Shown: one piece after another, positions 41,329-54,412 of the stretch
Numbering within the stretch: the first letter of the stretch is position 1
How the letters are laid out: each line of letters begins with the position of its first letter
Assembly (NCBI GenBank): GCA_951406725.2
Contig: OX597823.1
Span: 81,220,001 to 81,284,000 of the forward strand
Length of the DNA: 64,000 bases
Source of the DNA: Octopus vulgaris
Lineage: Eukaryota
Direction: 5' to 3'
The notes under the pieces: generated by a model
The model's database searches: none
Told to the model about the DNA's origin: nothing
What the model saw: only the letters and a program-made list of their open reading frames with translations
Program-made: the position numbers and the translations under genes

Positions 41329-42213
41329 GGTGCATTGGGTAAATTGTTGCCATAATATATTTTTAATTTCATGCATGTGCATTGTTTGTTTTTGATTTTG
41401 TTGACTACACTATATGGTAGGGTCAGTTGGGTACCACCTGTGAAAAAAACAGCACCATGACACAATTCACTCTGCCAGAAATTTGGAAACAACATGCTGT
41501 ACTTCATGGCATTCATGCTAGGAGCTCCAATACAAACATTTCAGAGTGTTTGCATGTCGATTTTAGGACAGTGCAGTCTGAGGACATGGACTGAGAGTGA
41601 TAAAAATCAAACATCCAGTCAACATCATGGTGTTTGGAGTGATCACTAGTGTTGGTGAAGTTGTGTCTCCATTCATCTTCTCACACAGCATCAGACTCAA
41701 CATGGAGGCCTACATTAACTGCCTTGAGGAGGCAGTACTGCTCTGGGTCAAGAGGGTGGCTGCTGGAACATCCTATGTCTGGCAACAGGACTCTGTACCA
41801 TGCTACACATGCAGGAGAACCCAGTCATGACTGTCAGATAATTTCTGTAGCCACATCACCCTTAATATCTGGCCACCTAACTCCCCAGACTGCAACCTCT
41901 TGATTATTATGTTTGGGGCGCAGTTGAGCAAGAGACCAACAAAATTCTTTGTAACACCAAAGATGAACTGAAGGCAAGGTTTATGGCAGCATTCACCAAC
42001 TTAAACAAGGAGACTGTCAAGAAGGGTTGAGAAAGGTTCTGAAGTCATCTGGAGGCCGTAGTTGAAGCCAATGGTGATTTTATTGACTAAATCTACTCTT
42101 TAGTATTTCAAGATATTTTTATGTAATTTTGGTAAATATATCTGTTAAAATGAGATGTCAGTATTATTTTCATTTTTGCATAATTTAGATGACAATTTAT
42201 TCACCGCACCCTG
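41326..42213 (+). mobile_element. maT-type (DD37D) Tc1/mariner element, internally deleted
   Basis: TA-CAGGGTGC..GCACCCTG-TA ends; IMVFGVI, WQQDS...WPPNSPDCNLLDYYVW with 37 residues between the 2nd and 3rd Asp. Confidence 0.88.
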
Positions 42214-42217
42214 TATA

Positions 42218-42759
42218 TCTACTACATATGTGGGAAAACAAGTTAATAGTATTCTCCTAAACAATAAATCCACTTATTGCAGTTAGTGACTTATTCACGA
42301 ATATACCAACATTAGTGCCGCTGAGGGTAATATTCTCTGGGAACACACAAAAGCTCTTTTCAGAGTTATTTACTTTGAATTGTTATTATCTCATATCTGA
42401 TTAGTCTGTTATTATGTAACATGCTCCACAATTCTAGTATACATACCTTATTAGTATTTCCTCCTAAGTTGTATATACTCTGGAAATGCATTAAAGCCCT
42501 TTTCAGGGCTAATTTATTTGAATTCTTACTATTACATAACTAATTTCATGTTATTACATAACTGATTTCATAATTTGGGTATTCATAACTTATTGGGTAT
42601 TCCTAAAAACAAGATCCTGTGTAAGACAGTTCAGTATTCTCTGTAAATGCACAAAAACCATTTTAAGGGCTACATACTTTGCATTGTTATTGGATTAGCG
42701 AAACAATTATGAGAATGTAACCAAGAGATAAGCCCCACTTTCCCGGGTACGTCAGCTAG
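42218..42759 (+). mobile_element. Non-autonomous Helitron
   Basis: A|TCTACTACATAT 5' end; CCCGGGTACGTCAGCTAG|T 3' end. Confidence 0.6.
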
Positions 42760-42784
42760 TAAATATATATATACATATATACCT

Positions 42785-43095
42785 GTGGCACATAAAATGG
42801 CACCATTTGAGCATGATCGTTACCAACGTCGCTTCACTGGCACTCGTGTCGGTGGCACATGTAAAAGATTTGAGCGAGGTCATTGCCAGTACCGCCTGAC
42901 TGGTCCCCATGCAGGTGGCACGTAAAAAGCACCCACTACACTCTCGGAGTGGTTGGCATTAGGAAGAGCATCCAGCTGTAGAAACTCTGCCAGATCAAGA
43001 CTGGAGCCTGGTGCAGCCATTTGGTTGCCAGCCCTCAGTCAAAACCGTCCAACCCATGCTAGCATGGGAAACGGACGTTAAACGATGATGATGAC
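42785..43095 (+). mobile_element. Abundant SINE/LINE-tail repeat ending in (GAT)n (also ~4430-4590, 20490-20620, 33400-33600, 43715-43962, 49160-49335, 59920-60105)
   Basis: Shared GGTTGGCGTTAGGAAGGGCATCCAGCTGTAGAAAC..CCCATGCTAGCATGGAAA..GTTAAACGATGATGATG. Confidence 0.8.
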
Positions 43096-44564
43096 ATATA
43101 CACATACACATACACTTGAATGTATATGCAAATACACACATGCACATGATATATATTGTACATTTTGAACATTATCTAAATATATTCTAGTATGGTATGC
43201 TATTACCATTTTTCATGATGCTGAATTACAATGACTAATTAAAAATCTTGAGGTATTATGCAACTTTGTGTCCTGGATCTTACTCTGATCAAATTTACCT
43301 TTCACCCACCAATGATCAATAAAATATGTGCCAATCATGAATTAGCAATAATCAAAAAAAGCATATCTCTCCCAGATAAGATTTTGTGTTAATATTAAAA
43401 ACCATTATCAACGTTTAAGGGATATGAGGAAAGGCACACACATACATATAATTACTCATACACATACAGAAACAGCTATCTAATCTATTTATATATTTTT
43501 ATACTCATATGCATGTGTATAAATATGTATTAACCTATATTTGCATGTAGTGTTGTGTGTGTATGAATCATTATGTGTGTGTTCATTATGCATTTATATG
43601 AATATGTATGTTTATCTAAACCTGTATATTTCTGAGAGTGGTTTTTCACCCTCAGAGTGTATTGCATTATTTGTGTGTGTGTGTGTGTGTGTATATATAT
43701 GTATATATATATATCGTGCCGGTGGCACGTAAAAAGCACCAACCGATCATGGCCGTTGCCAGCCTCCCCTGGCACCTGTGCCGGTGGCATGTTAAAAGCA
43801 CCCACTACACTCACGAAGTGGTTGGCGTTAGGAAGGGCATCCAGCTGTAGAAACACTGCCAGATCAGACTGGAGCCTGGTGCAGCCTCCTGGCTTCCCAG
43901 ACCCCGGTCGAACTGTCCAGCCCATGCTAGCATGGAAAATGGATGTTAAACGATGATGATGATATATATATAAAGTAAAAAGTAAAGGAGTCAAAAGGAA
44001 GAGTAAGTACAGTTAGGCAGCTTTTTAATCGCTACAAATGTTTCCATACATACAGATCCTCATATATACATGATTTAAAGTTTAAATTAAATTATTTAAC
44101 GATTTACCTGTATAAGAAGATCTATATGTATCTCTTCAGGCGATACTCAGTTGCTGTCTCCGTAAGCAAAATTTAGATTTCCATGCTGCAACATCCATGG
44201 CTTCTTCTTTGAAACTAACAAATGCTGATGGTTTCAATTCACTCGGTATGAGTGTGCTATCACATTTGACATGAGGAATACCTAAGACTAGAATTGGTAG
44301 CATACTATAAGAATACTACCAGTTATTTGAGAATTCTTAGGGTGAACAAGCTCTATTTGTACTCTTAGATGTTCTTAACAGAACACACCTCAACTGACTA
44401 TATATATATATATTCATTTTTATATTTTTTGAGATCTAGTTATAAGTTATATGTTTTATAAAAATATATATTATTTGTTATTTATGTTTTGGTTTATGTC
44501 TATCACTGTTTGAGTTGCATAATAGTGGTTTTATCTCTAATTTATATTTTATATATATATATAT

Positions 44565-44970
44565 ATCACCTTGACTGACCAGTCCGTCAGGTGTCCATTT
44601 GACACCACTGGCCACAGCACGCTGTCCATTCCTCTCTGCATCGCGCCTTTCTCAACCACGTGAAGCCAATCGTCCTCCTGAAATCATAACTCCACCATTG
44701 TGGAGGCCTTCCAAGTGGTAGTTTCTGCTCGTGCGGGTACCACTCGACAACTGTGCGGGTCCACCGATTATCGGTGAACTGGGCGACGTGTCCAGCCCAT
44801 CTAAACTTGCTGCGTGTATACTCTGCGATGACATACCTCACGCCAGACTTCTTTCTGATGATCTCGCTACTGATGTGATCCCTCAATGAGATACCTTTCC
44901 ACGGCTCTTCGAGCCGTTACCAGTCTCTGCTCTTCTCTCTTTGTTGTAGCCCATGTTTCACTACCATATA
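44565..44970 (-). mobile_element. RTE-clade LINE 3' fragment
   Basis: YGSETW..., SKFRWAGHVAQFTDNRWTRTVVEWYP..GRPPQWW. Confidence 0.88.
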
Positions 44971-45233
44971 CATACATACATATGTGTGTGTGTGTATGGT
45001 TCTTAATGTAATTGTTTCTTTGTATTAAAATGCGTTCCAAAATAAATGCACACTTTATTTTAATGGCTCTGAGGATGCAATAAGATGTTGCCCAAACATT
45101 CAGCACTGAGTCTTATAGCAGAAACAGCTGCAAGTTAATGAAGTTGAGTATGCAATACCTATTCCTTAGTCATTCAATAATTTGTATGTGAGTGTGTGTG
45201 TGGTTAAGAAGCTTGCTTACTACCACTACCACC

Positions 45234-45269
<36 letters not shown>

Positions 45270-45295
45270 GCTGCTGCTGCTGATGATGATGATGA

Positions 45296-45330
<35 letters not shown>

Positions 45331-46407
45331 TCACTATTGTTGTTGGAGTTTCCTTCACAGTAAATAGGCATGGCTACAATTTGTCTGACTTCTTTTCTGC
45401 AGCTTGTCTCTTTAAATGATGAGCTGTAGTCATAGATTGAGTGCCATCAAGCACTCTCAACCCTTTGCCTGTTGGGCCATGTAATTAGTGGAAGTCCAAC
45501 TTTGGCATTCTATAGAGGTTTTGTGGTGGACAAAATTGATGTTCCTGGGGTAATTCTGGGTGTCAACAAGAATCAGCTGGCTAGTCTGTTCCATAGGATT
45601 TTCAGGCTGGGGGCCAATGGATAATTTCCAGAAATCTTTAGCTTAGCAGTGTTACCAGGGGTCATTGCCAGTTTAAGATAAATAGGCATAGAAATTCTGT
45701 CAGCCAAACCTGCCTGAGATATGATCAGAACAATAAAAGTATTTTACATGCATGCATAAGCCCGATACCTGAGTATTGTTGGTGTGTAGGTTGATGTCAA
45801 ACACCTCCTGTCACATGCAGAATGAATCTGGCTATTGGCTGAGTCCATTGTGAAGATCCTCTTGCTGCTTTCTTTAGTCTAGGAAGGACAGGTGGTGCTT
45901 ATTTGTTAGGTGACCTTAGCAAAAAAATAGGGTTGTGTGGTGGACCAGATCGCATTTGCCTACGATCTAGGAATCTCTGTATGCGCAGTGCATGCATGTG
46001 TATCATCACTCACAACATCCTGAAACCCTGTGGGCAGTAAATATACATATTGGTCAAAAGATATCCTGTTTCTTCTGTGAGAAACAAACAGAACACATGT
46101 TCCCATATGACCAGATACTACATGAAGCAGACAAAGTTGTCAGACAAGTAATATGAGAGTGGGTAGAAAAGTTCCTGATTTTGCAGAATAGAAAATACAA
46201 TAGGATTGATTACATATGATTTTATTCAACATATTTCCCACTTTTAGGTTTGCCATATAAAATTGTATTGGTTTGGGTGTTCGGGGGCTAGGGATTGGTG
46301 GAAAGCTCAAAGACTCCCGGTGGCACACACTGAAACTATGCCACTGTGTTGAACATTTATAAATGCAAACAATGTTTTCTGTGCTCCAATTCAATGAGAA
46401 TGTTCCT

Positions 46408-46630
46408 TATGAGGGGTGCTGAAAAATACCTGGCTTCAGGTAAAAGAAAATACAGGAGGATCAGTTAATTGTGATTTTATTCACCATATTCCCCTTTCAG
46501 ATTTACACACTAATTTATTGCAGGGTCGTTCTGTTATTCTAAGCCCTGCAAAAGAACTCAGAAGGTTGGTCCTCCAACCAGGCCTTTTGTGATACCCTTA
46601 AAGCCAGGAACTTTTCACCACCCCCACATA
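46408..46630. mobile_element. Mariner-type MITE
   Basis: Imperfect TIRs GAGGGGTGCTGAAAAATACCTGGCTT / AAGCCAGGAACTTTTCACCACCCCC with TA flanks. Confidence 0.65.
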
Positions 46631-46738
46631 CTTTAGCCAAATTCTGCTGAAAGTATTTCAGATTTCAGAGTCATATCATACAGAGATGTCAAGAAGGAGC
46701 ATTTTGGGATACAGAAAGTAAGTTTATATGAATCTACA

Positions 46739-46797
<59 letters not shown>

Positions 46798-46872
46798 ATA
46801 TATGTATATATATATATGCATATATATGAATATATGCAAATATGCATGTGTGTGTATATATATGTATGTGTA

Positions 46873-46905
<33 letters not shown>

Positions 46906-48243
46906 GCATTTATATGTGTGTGTGTGTGCATCCATGTGTGTGAGTGTGTGTCTGTTTCTGCCTTCTTGTCTTTAGATCATGTAACAGTCGTAAATGAGTG
47001 CCACTGTCACACAAGCTGTTGTCATTCATTTCAAATATTTTCCCCATGTTCTCATTCACAACTATCACATAATATCAAAACAAAGAAACACACACACCCA
47101 CACAATTACGTACACTATGGGCTCCTTTCAGTTTCCATTTACCAGATTCACTCACAAGGCTTTTCGTTGTAAATATGAAATGAACATGAAAACTACCAGT
47201 CAGTTGAGTGGCAATAATAGCAGAAGTAAATAAAAGCAATCAGTACAAACTTTTAATAATAAATGCAGAGAAAAAGTAAAAATCTTGCACCAACATGCCA
47301 CATTCGATTTGTCATACATTGCTCACCTTGACATGTAAGCTAACAGGAAGTCTAAATAGAGATACAACATATATTAGTTTCTTACCTGGGCAGAAAGCCA
47401 AAGAAAGACGTTTACTGTGGGATTAACATTGTGAAATAGTCACTGATAAATAACAATCTTTGGTAGGTTATGTGTTACGTTCATTATGACCACACTAACA
47501 GCAGTGTCAGTTCTCAAACATTTTTATTTACATATGCATTTACACACAAACAAACACACACAGACACACACACAGATCTATAAGCAAAAGTTGGGTAAAT
47601 AGAACAGCCTTCAAAAGTTTCACAGCGTAATATGCTAAATAGTAATTAGTAAACTGTTTATAATTATTAAGAACAAATGAAGTAGAAAGAATGAAAGAAT
47701 CGTAAAGTTGACATAGTTTCAAGTAGTGTCTCTAGGGAGAACAATTAGAAAAAGTAAGACCACCTACAATGGAACTGAGTAACATTGTTACTTAGCGGTT
47801 TGGCAAAAGAGACCAATAAAATAAGTACTGGGCTTACAAAAGAATAAGTCCCAGGGTCGAGTTGCTCGATTAAAGGCGGTGCTCCAGCATGGCCGCAGTC
47901 AAATGACTGAAACAAGTAAAAGAGAAAGAGTAAAAGAATATAGCACCAGAAATGGTTCTATCTGGGAATTCAGAATCCCAGTTTATGTAATACTCAGTGG
48001 TATTTCTAGAAAGTTCAACCAAACTATTTGACAGGAATGTTCCAATTCACTTGGTTATACACCAGCCGATCTCATTGGCTGAACCAATTTTGTAGGGGTA
48101 TTAATGCCTTTTATAATGACATAAATTTTCATAACTGGCTTTGCCTTTTATGACAGTATGGTCAGTCAGGGTCCTGAGCAGATGGTGAATCTCAGCATGA
48201 TGGTTCAAACCACAGTAAGAACCTTGCTACATGCATATGTTAT

Positions 48244-48525
48244 GGGCATATGGCATAGTGGTTAAGAGCGGGGGCTACTAACCCCAAGATTCCGAGTTCG
48301 ATTCCAAGCAGTGACCTGAATGATGATGATGATAATGATGATGAAGAGGAAGAGGAAGAAGAAGAAGAAGAAGAAGAAGAAGAAGAAGAAGAAGAAGAAG
48401 AAGAAGAAGAAGAAGAAGAAGAAGAAGAAGAAGAAGAAGAAGAAGAAGAAGAAGAATACCTTAGGAATGAGAACCCAGGTTCGAAATTTCCCCAAGATAC
48501 CTGATGAAGGCTGGAGGGTATATGT
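48244..48525 (+). mobile_element. tRNA-headed SINE with an internal (GAT)n/(GAA)n expansion and truncated hammerhead-like motifs
   Basis: A box TGGCATAGTGG, B box GAGTTCGATTCC; then GAATGAGAACCCAGGTTCGAAA and CCTGATGAAGGCTG. Confidence 0.6.
48355..48456 (+). repeat. Pure (GAA)n tract, ~34 units
   Basis: Directly visible. Confidence 0.95.
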
Positions 48526-48790
48526 CCTACAAACCCTGGTGGAACAAAATTGCATCATAACTGTTGAGGAACTAGCAGAGAAGCTTGGATTTGGTCATTC
48601 AACCATTCACTGACTCCTATATGCCATCGGAAAAGTCAGCAAATTGGGTCAATGGGTTCCTCACAAACTTTCTGAGTGTAATCGCTCACAGAGAGTGAAT
48701 GTATGCTCTTCTTTACTTTCACATCATACGAATGAACCTTTTCTGGACTGAATAGTGACTGGTGATGTGAAATGTCAAGTGCACAGAAAA
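48525..48790 (+). mobile_element. Mariner transposase fragment
   Basis: TVEELAEKLGFGHSTIH..IGKVSKLGQWVPHKLSE..FLD*IVTGD; the WVPH.L motif is typical of mariner. Confidence 0.85.
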
Positions 48791-49083
48791 TGTAATCAGT
48801 ATGTTAGGTTTTATATGACGTACATATCTTTTATATGACAAGTCACAGTTAATCATAGCTGCTTTGTGTCACATTACAGGCAGGTAAGCTTGGGCAATAA
48901 ACTGTCAGGCCTTCTGAAATGTGCATATTGTGTAAAGCATAAAATACCAATTATATCTTCTGTTTGTCAAACCACCTCAAGAGCAGGAGTAGAATGTGGA
49001 ACTTATGGATAGTGCATGAACCTTCTGAATATAAGTCTTGCTTTCCAGTGCACCTTTCAAAGTAAGCTATGTCTAACATACAC

Positions 49084-49162
<79 letters not shown>

Positions 49163-49907
49163 GCACATAAAAAGCACTCACTACACTCTTGGAGTGGTTG
49201 GTGTTAGGAAGGGCATCCAGTTATAGACACCTTGTCAGATCAGATTGGAACCTGGTACAGCCTCCTGGCTTGCAAGTCCTCAGTCAAACTGTCCAACCGA
49301 TGTCAGCATGGAAAGCGGACATTAAACGATGAATGATAATATATATATGTGTGTGTGTGTGTGTGTGTATATATGAATACATGTATGTATGCATATATAA
49401 ATATAAGAGATGGTATTATCAAGATACCAACTCATGTGGCAAGTGAGTTATCAACTGTACAAGCAAATTAATAAAAAATATATATACAAGTACTTATATA
49501 TATATACATACATGAAGGCACAACATGAGCATCTCCATCACTAAAAATTGAAGTAAAAAATACTTCTACAAATCTATTACAGGCATGGGAGTGTGTATGT
49601 GTGTGTGCGTCTTTGTATTTGTGTTTGTCCTCCCATCAACACTGAACAACTGGTATTGGTGTGTCCCTGCAACTTAGCAGTTTGGCAAAAGAGACCAATA
49701 GAATGAGTATTAGGCTTAAAAAGTAAGCCCTGGGGGTCGATTTGTTTGCCTAAAACCTTTCAAGATGTAGCTCCATCCAGCATGGTTGCAGTCAAATGAC
49801 TGAAACAAGTAAAAGAATATATATATATATATATATATAAATATATATATATATATGTATATATATATATCTGTAAATGTAATATGTGACAATTATTCGG
49901 TAGCCAT

Positions 49908-49968
49908 TTTAAAACTCTGAGTTTCGGATGCCGAGGTGGAAATCCATGTCGCCATCTCTTCAGTTATT
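49908..49968 (-). ncRNA. Hammerhead ribozyme motif within a TA-flanked element (~49870-50340)
   Basis: Minus strand TAA CTGAAGA GATG..CGA..TGGA TT TCCA..TCG..CATC C GAAA CTCAGAG TT TTA. Confidence 0.62.
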
Positions 49969-51344
49969 CGGCCATCGGAAAATTGCTATGAAAAATGACT
50001 GTTATACAAAGGGAAATTACTGTGTGATTGACCATTATTAAGACAAAAGAGCTATTTGAATGACTGCTAAGTAAGGGGTTAAATAGTTCATAGTATTCGC
50101 GTAAGCGCACCTGTTCATACCTGCACATGCGTGCCCGAACACCCACGTGTGTGCGCCTAAAGATATACATTCATCCACCCTCACTTGAAAACTTACACAT
50201 CCTCACTCTCACTATTTGCCAAATGTATATGTATATACATACAAACCTACACACACACACGTGCACACCACAAAGGTTCTTACACACGTCTATATACGCA
50301 AAAGCACAAGAAAAAACAGGGCTAAGGGTAACAATACAGAATATATATATATATGGTGGCTGTCCCCTCTTTATTGAGTATGGCCATTGCTTGAAGCTTA
50401 ATCAATGTTGTTATCGTGCAATGCCTGTGCAAGAAGATTTTTATTAAAGTGAGGAAAGGCTGTGCACTGAGTCAATCCCACTCACTAAGCAACAGCAGCC
50501 ATAATCCGAAAAGAACAAGTCAACATCATCAGTAACCACTGAGCTGCAGGTTTTATGTCGGAGTTATCCCAGTTACCTGAGTTACCTTCTCCTAGAAGGA
50601 TGCCCTAAGAGTCCTTCACTCCCAATGGTTTAACCGTGCGATCAGGTATTCAGTCCGATTATTTCTATGTCTCCGCGCATGATACAGCCTTAAGACATTT
50701 ATTGGATGGCCATTGACTCTCAAGAGTTCCTCCGCCCTTTGACGGGTTTTGTTTTTCATCCCACAGGGTGTCCAACACACACATACACATTCATATATAT
50801 ATATATATACGTATATATTTACAATAGGCTTCTTTGAGTTTCCGTCTACCAAATCCACTGAAAAGGCTTTGGTTGGCCTGAGACTAAAGCAGAAAACACT
50901 TACCTAAGATGCCACACAGTGGGACTGAACCCCAAAGTATGCTTCTTAGTGATGCACTTACACCTGTGCTTGTGCTGTGCCTGCACCTATAAAGAATGAA
51001 AATAACAAGAAAATAAACTACACCACCAAAAATTTTCCAACAAACTGCTGTTTTTATTATTACAAATATACCATCCACCCACTGAAAAATTTCATGAAAT
51101 AAAGTATTAGTAAAAACTTTTTTTTTACTATAATCATTTTATTATATTTATGTATTTATTTTGCAAGATTCCTGATGTGAAATCAAGCATTGAAACAGAT
51201 ATTGTTAGATTTCAGGATCGTCCTTTATTTTTGTTGTTGTCTTTTTTGCCAAATAAACACATGCACTATATATTTGCTCTTCACTTCAGCTTTATTAAAT
51301 AAGCATCCAACATATAACAATATTTTGTTATAACTTATTGATTA

Positions 51345-52620
51345 AGGTGGTGAGATGGCAAAATGATTACTGCACCAGAAGAAAATGTGTTCTTTACATT
51401 CTGAGTTCAAATTCTCCTAAGGTCTAGTTTACCTTTCATCCTTTTGGGTTCGATGAAATAAGTACCAGTTGTGACTTGGAGTCGATGTAATCAACTAGCC
51501 CCCATCCTACTAAATTTCAAGCCTTGTTGCTATAGTAGGAAGGATTATTGATTTATTAATTTAAGTGGTGAGCTGGCAGAATCGTTAGCATACTGGACAA
51601 AATGCTTAATGGTATTTCATCTGCCATTATGTTCTGAGTTCAAATTCTGCTGTGGTCGACTTTGCCTTTCATCCTTTCAGGGTCGATAAATTAAGTACCA
51701 GTTACGCACTGGGGTTGATGTAATCGACTTAATCCATTTTTGTCTGTCCTTGTTTGTCCCCTCTGTGTTTAGCCCCTTGTGGGTAGTAAAGAAATAGGTA
51801 TTTCATCTGTCTTTATGTTCGGAGTCCAAATTCTGCCAAATTCGACTTAGCCTTTCATCCTTTTGGAGTCAATGAAATAAGTACCAGTTGTGCACTAGTA
51901 TCAATGTAAACAACTAGAAACCCTTCCCTAAAACATTTATGCTTATAATAGAAGGGATTGTTATTTGTTGATTTATATAAATCAATATATTTATATACTT
52001 ATTGATTTATATAAAGGCAGTGAACTGGCAGAATTGTTACTGTGCCAGCCAGAATGCTTAGCAACATCTCACCTGTATATATGTTCTGAATTCAAATTCC
52101 TCTAAGGTTGACTTTGCCTTTCATCCTTTCAGGATCGATAAAATAAAGACCAGTTGAGCACTGGGGTTGATGTAACCGACTTAGCCCCTCCCCTGAAACA
52201 GCTGGCCTTGTGCTAAAATTTGAAACCAATATTTATTGATTTATTCTTTTCTACTCTAGGCACAAGGATCGAAATTTTGGGGGAGGGGCCTGTCGATTAG
52301 ATTGGCCCCCAGTATGCAACTGGTACCTAATTTATCGACTCTGAAAGGATGAAAGACAAAGTTGACCTCGGTGGAATTTGAACTCAGAATGTAGCAGCAG
52401 ACGAAATATTGCTAAGCATTTTGCCTGGTGTGCTAATGTTTCTGCCAGCTCACTGCCTTATGTTTATTGATTTATTGAACAGGATGGATTGGCAGGAATT
52501 TGTAGTTTTCAGTTCAAATCCCACTGAGGTTCACTTTGACTTTCATTTTCCCAGGGTCAATAAAGACCGATATTAATCAAACCCCAGAGATGATTTAATT
52601 GACAATACTCCTCCCCCATT
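51345..52620. mobile_element. Cluster of about 6 Meta-domain SINE copies, one inverted
   Basis: Repeated GCCTTTCATCCTTTCAGGGTCGATAAATTAAGTACCAG; the copy at ~52245-52460 is on the minus strand. Confidence 0.8.
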
Positions 52621-53344
52621 TTCAGGCAGCAGATAACACACAGACTATAATTACAAACAGTGATTATAGAGAGACTCTTTATGATGATGTCATTCATTCC
52701 GATGATTATGGAAGTTTATTCAGTTCTGAACATGATAAACGATGATTGTGCAGGATTTTAATGAATATTTGTTTGAAATATTTTAAGATTTACGATGTAA
52801 TTATAATTTGAAACCATATCAAATTTCTACTTCAGTTTTGTATGCATAAATAAATAACGCCTACAAATTCATTTTCATTCCCCCATATTTTTTTGTTTCC
52901 ATTTAAATATTTATAGCTTCCAACCTAATTAGAAATATAAAATATAAAAAAAATATCCAGTACAGATATAGAAATACTGTGATGAGTGTGATTTCAATGA
53001 ATGTAGATGATCACGTATAAGGAACATGACTAACTCGGCAAGTGTAAATATTCATAAGAGATACATTGCCATATTTAATTAGTAGGGCATGTGTTTTGAT
53101 GCGTAGACAGGATAATTATGGTTATTATGTTATTATTATTGTAGTTCATCGTTTTCTTTTCGTTTATGCGTTTAAGAGATCATTCTGAGTTCTGCTACTG
53201 ATGTATTTTACATTGAGCTTTTAATTGCAACCCTTTGAGAGTTGTATCCATGCAATAGGTGACCCTTGAAATTATACAATACATGTGAAATACATACACA
53301 CATGCACAAAATATATATAGATATACATGCATATATATATGAAT

Positions 53345-54178
53345 GGAGATTGTCAAAATGAAGGGGACACCTCTGATGAGAACCCAATAAGGTTTGGAAA
53401 TTGATTAAGCTTGTTCATCATTTTTTCAGTCTGTGGAAAAATGGTTACAATTTGCCCTCTTTTCCTCTTTTATTTGCTTCAGTCATTTGACAGCGGCCAT
53501 GCTGGAGCACCACCTGTAGTTGAGCAAATTGACCCCAGGACTTATTCTTTTGTAAGCCTAGTACTTATTCTATCAGTCTCTTTTGCTGAACTGCTAAGTT
53601 ATAGGGACATAAACACACCACCATCAGTTGTCATGAGATGTTGGGGGGACAAACACAGACACACAAACATATGCACACAAATATACGACGGCTTCAGTTT
53701 CTGTCTACCAAATCCACTCACAAAGCTTCGGTCGGCCCGAGGCTATAGTAGAATACACTTGCCTAAAGTGCCACACAGTGGGACTGAACCCGGAACCATG
53801 TGGTCGGTAAGCAAGCTACTTACTACACAGCCACTCCTGTGCCCTGTTTATAATTATACCATATGTTACATATATATTATATCATACCTTGATACTGTGT
53901 GGATTAAGATCTCCATTGACAGGCCACTGGTATCTATTGTGTTAAACACTTTTGGTATGCAAATTAGTGAATCCTTCATAGAGTAACTAATGCATTTATT
54001 AAGTATATAAACAGTTTGGCTGGTTGCTTCTCTGGAGATTGTTAAAATGATGTGGATGCCTCTGATGAAAATACAATAAGGTTCAAAAATTGATTAAGGT
54101 TGTTCATCATTTTATTCAGTCTGTGGAGAAATGACTAAAATTTGCCCTGTTTATAATTATACCATATGTTATGTATAT
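53345..54178 (+). mobile_element. Direct-repeat element with two hammerhead-like motifs (retrozyme/pLTR-like), interrupted by a minus-strand SINE at ~53460-53840
   Basis: 53345-53459 plus 53841-53875 repeats at 54033-54178; both copies contain CCTCTGATGA(G/A)AA..CAATAAGGTT..AAATTGATTAAG; TGCCCT is duplicated around the SINE. Confidence 0.65.
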
Positions 54179-54321
54179 ATATATTTTCTCTCCTTGTTCC
54201 TTTCTGTGGAAGAGTGTGGGCTTGAAATGTTAAAGACTTTTTCACTTCCTGAGCGTTATACTAATACATCTGTTTGTTGTCTAAACCACCTGTCTTCGCC
54301 TTTTGTTTTTTTGTGAATTCT

Positions 54322-54355
<34 letters not shown>

Positions 54356-54412
54356 TTACACACACACACATATATATATATACACATATATATACATACA
54401 CATATATATATA

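Noticed and set aside
44040-44390. Possible Helitron helicase fragment
   Set aside because: Only a vague resemblance; no complete motif.
48244-48315. tRNA gene candidate
   Set aside because: A and B boxes are present but there is no acceptor stem or T-run terminator; it is a SINE head.
53411-53986. Longest ORF (191 aa)
   Set aside because: It runs through an antisense SINE and the hammerhead direct repeat; no domain signal.
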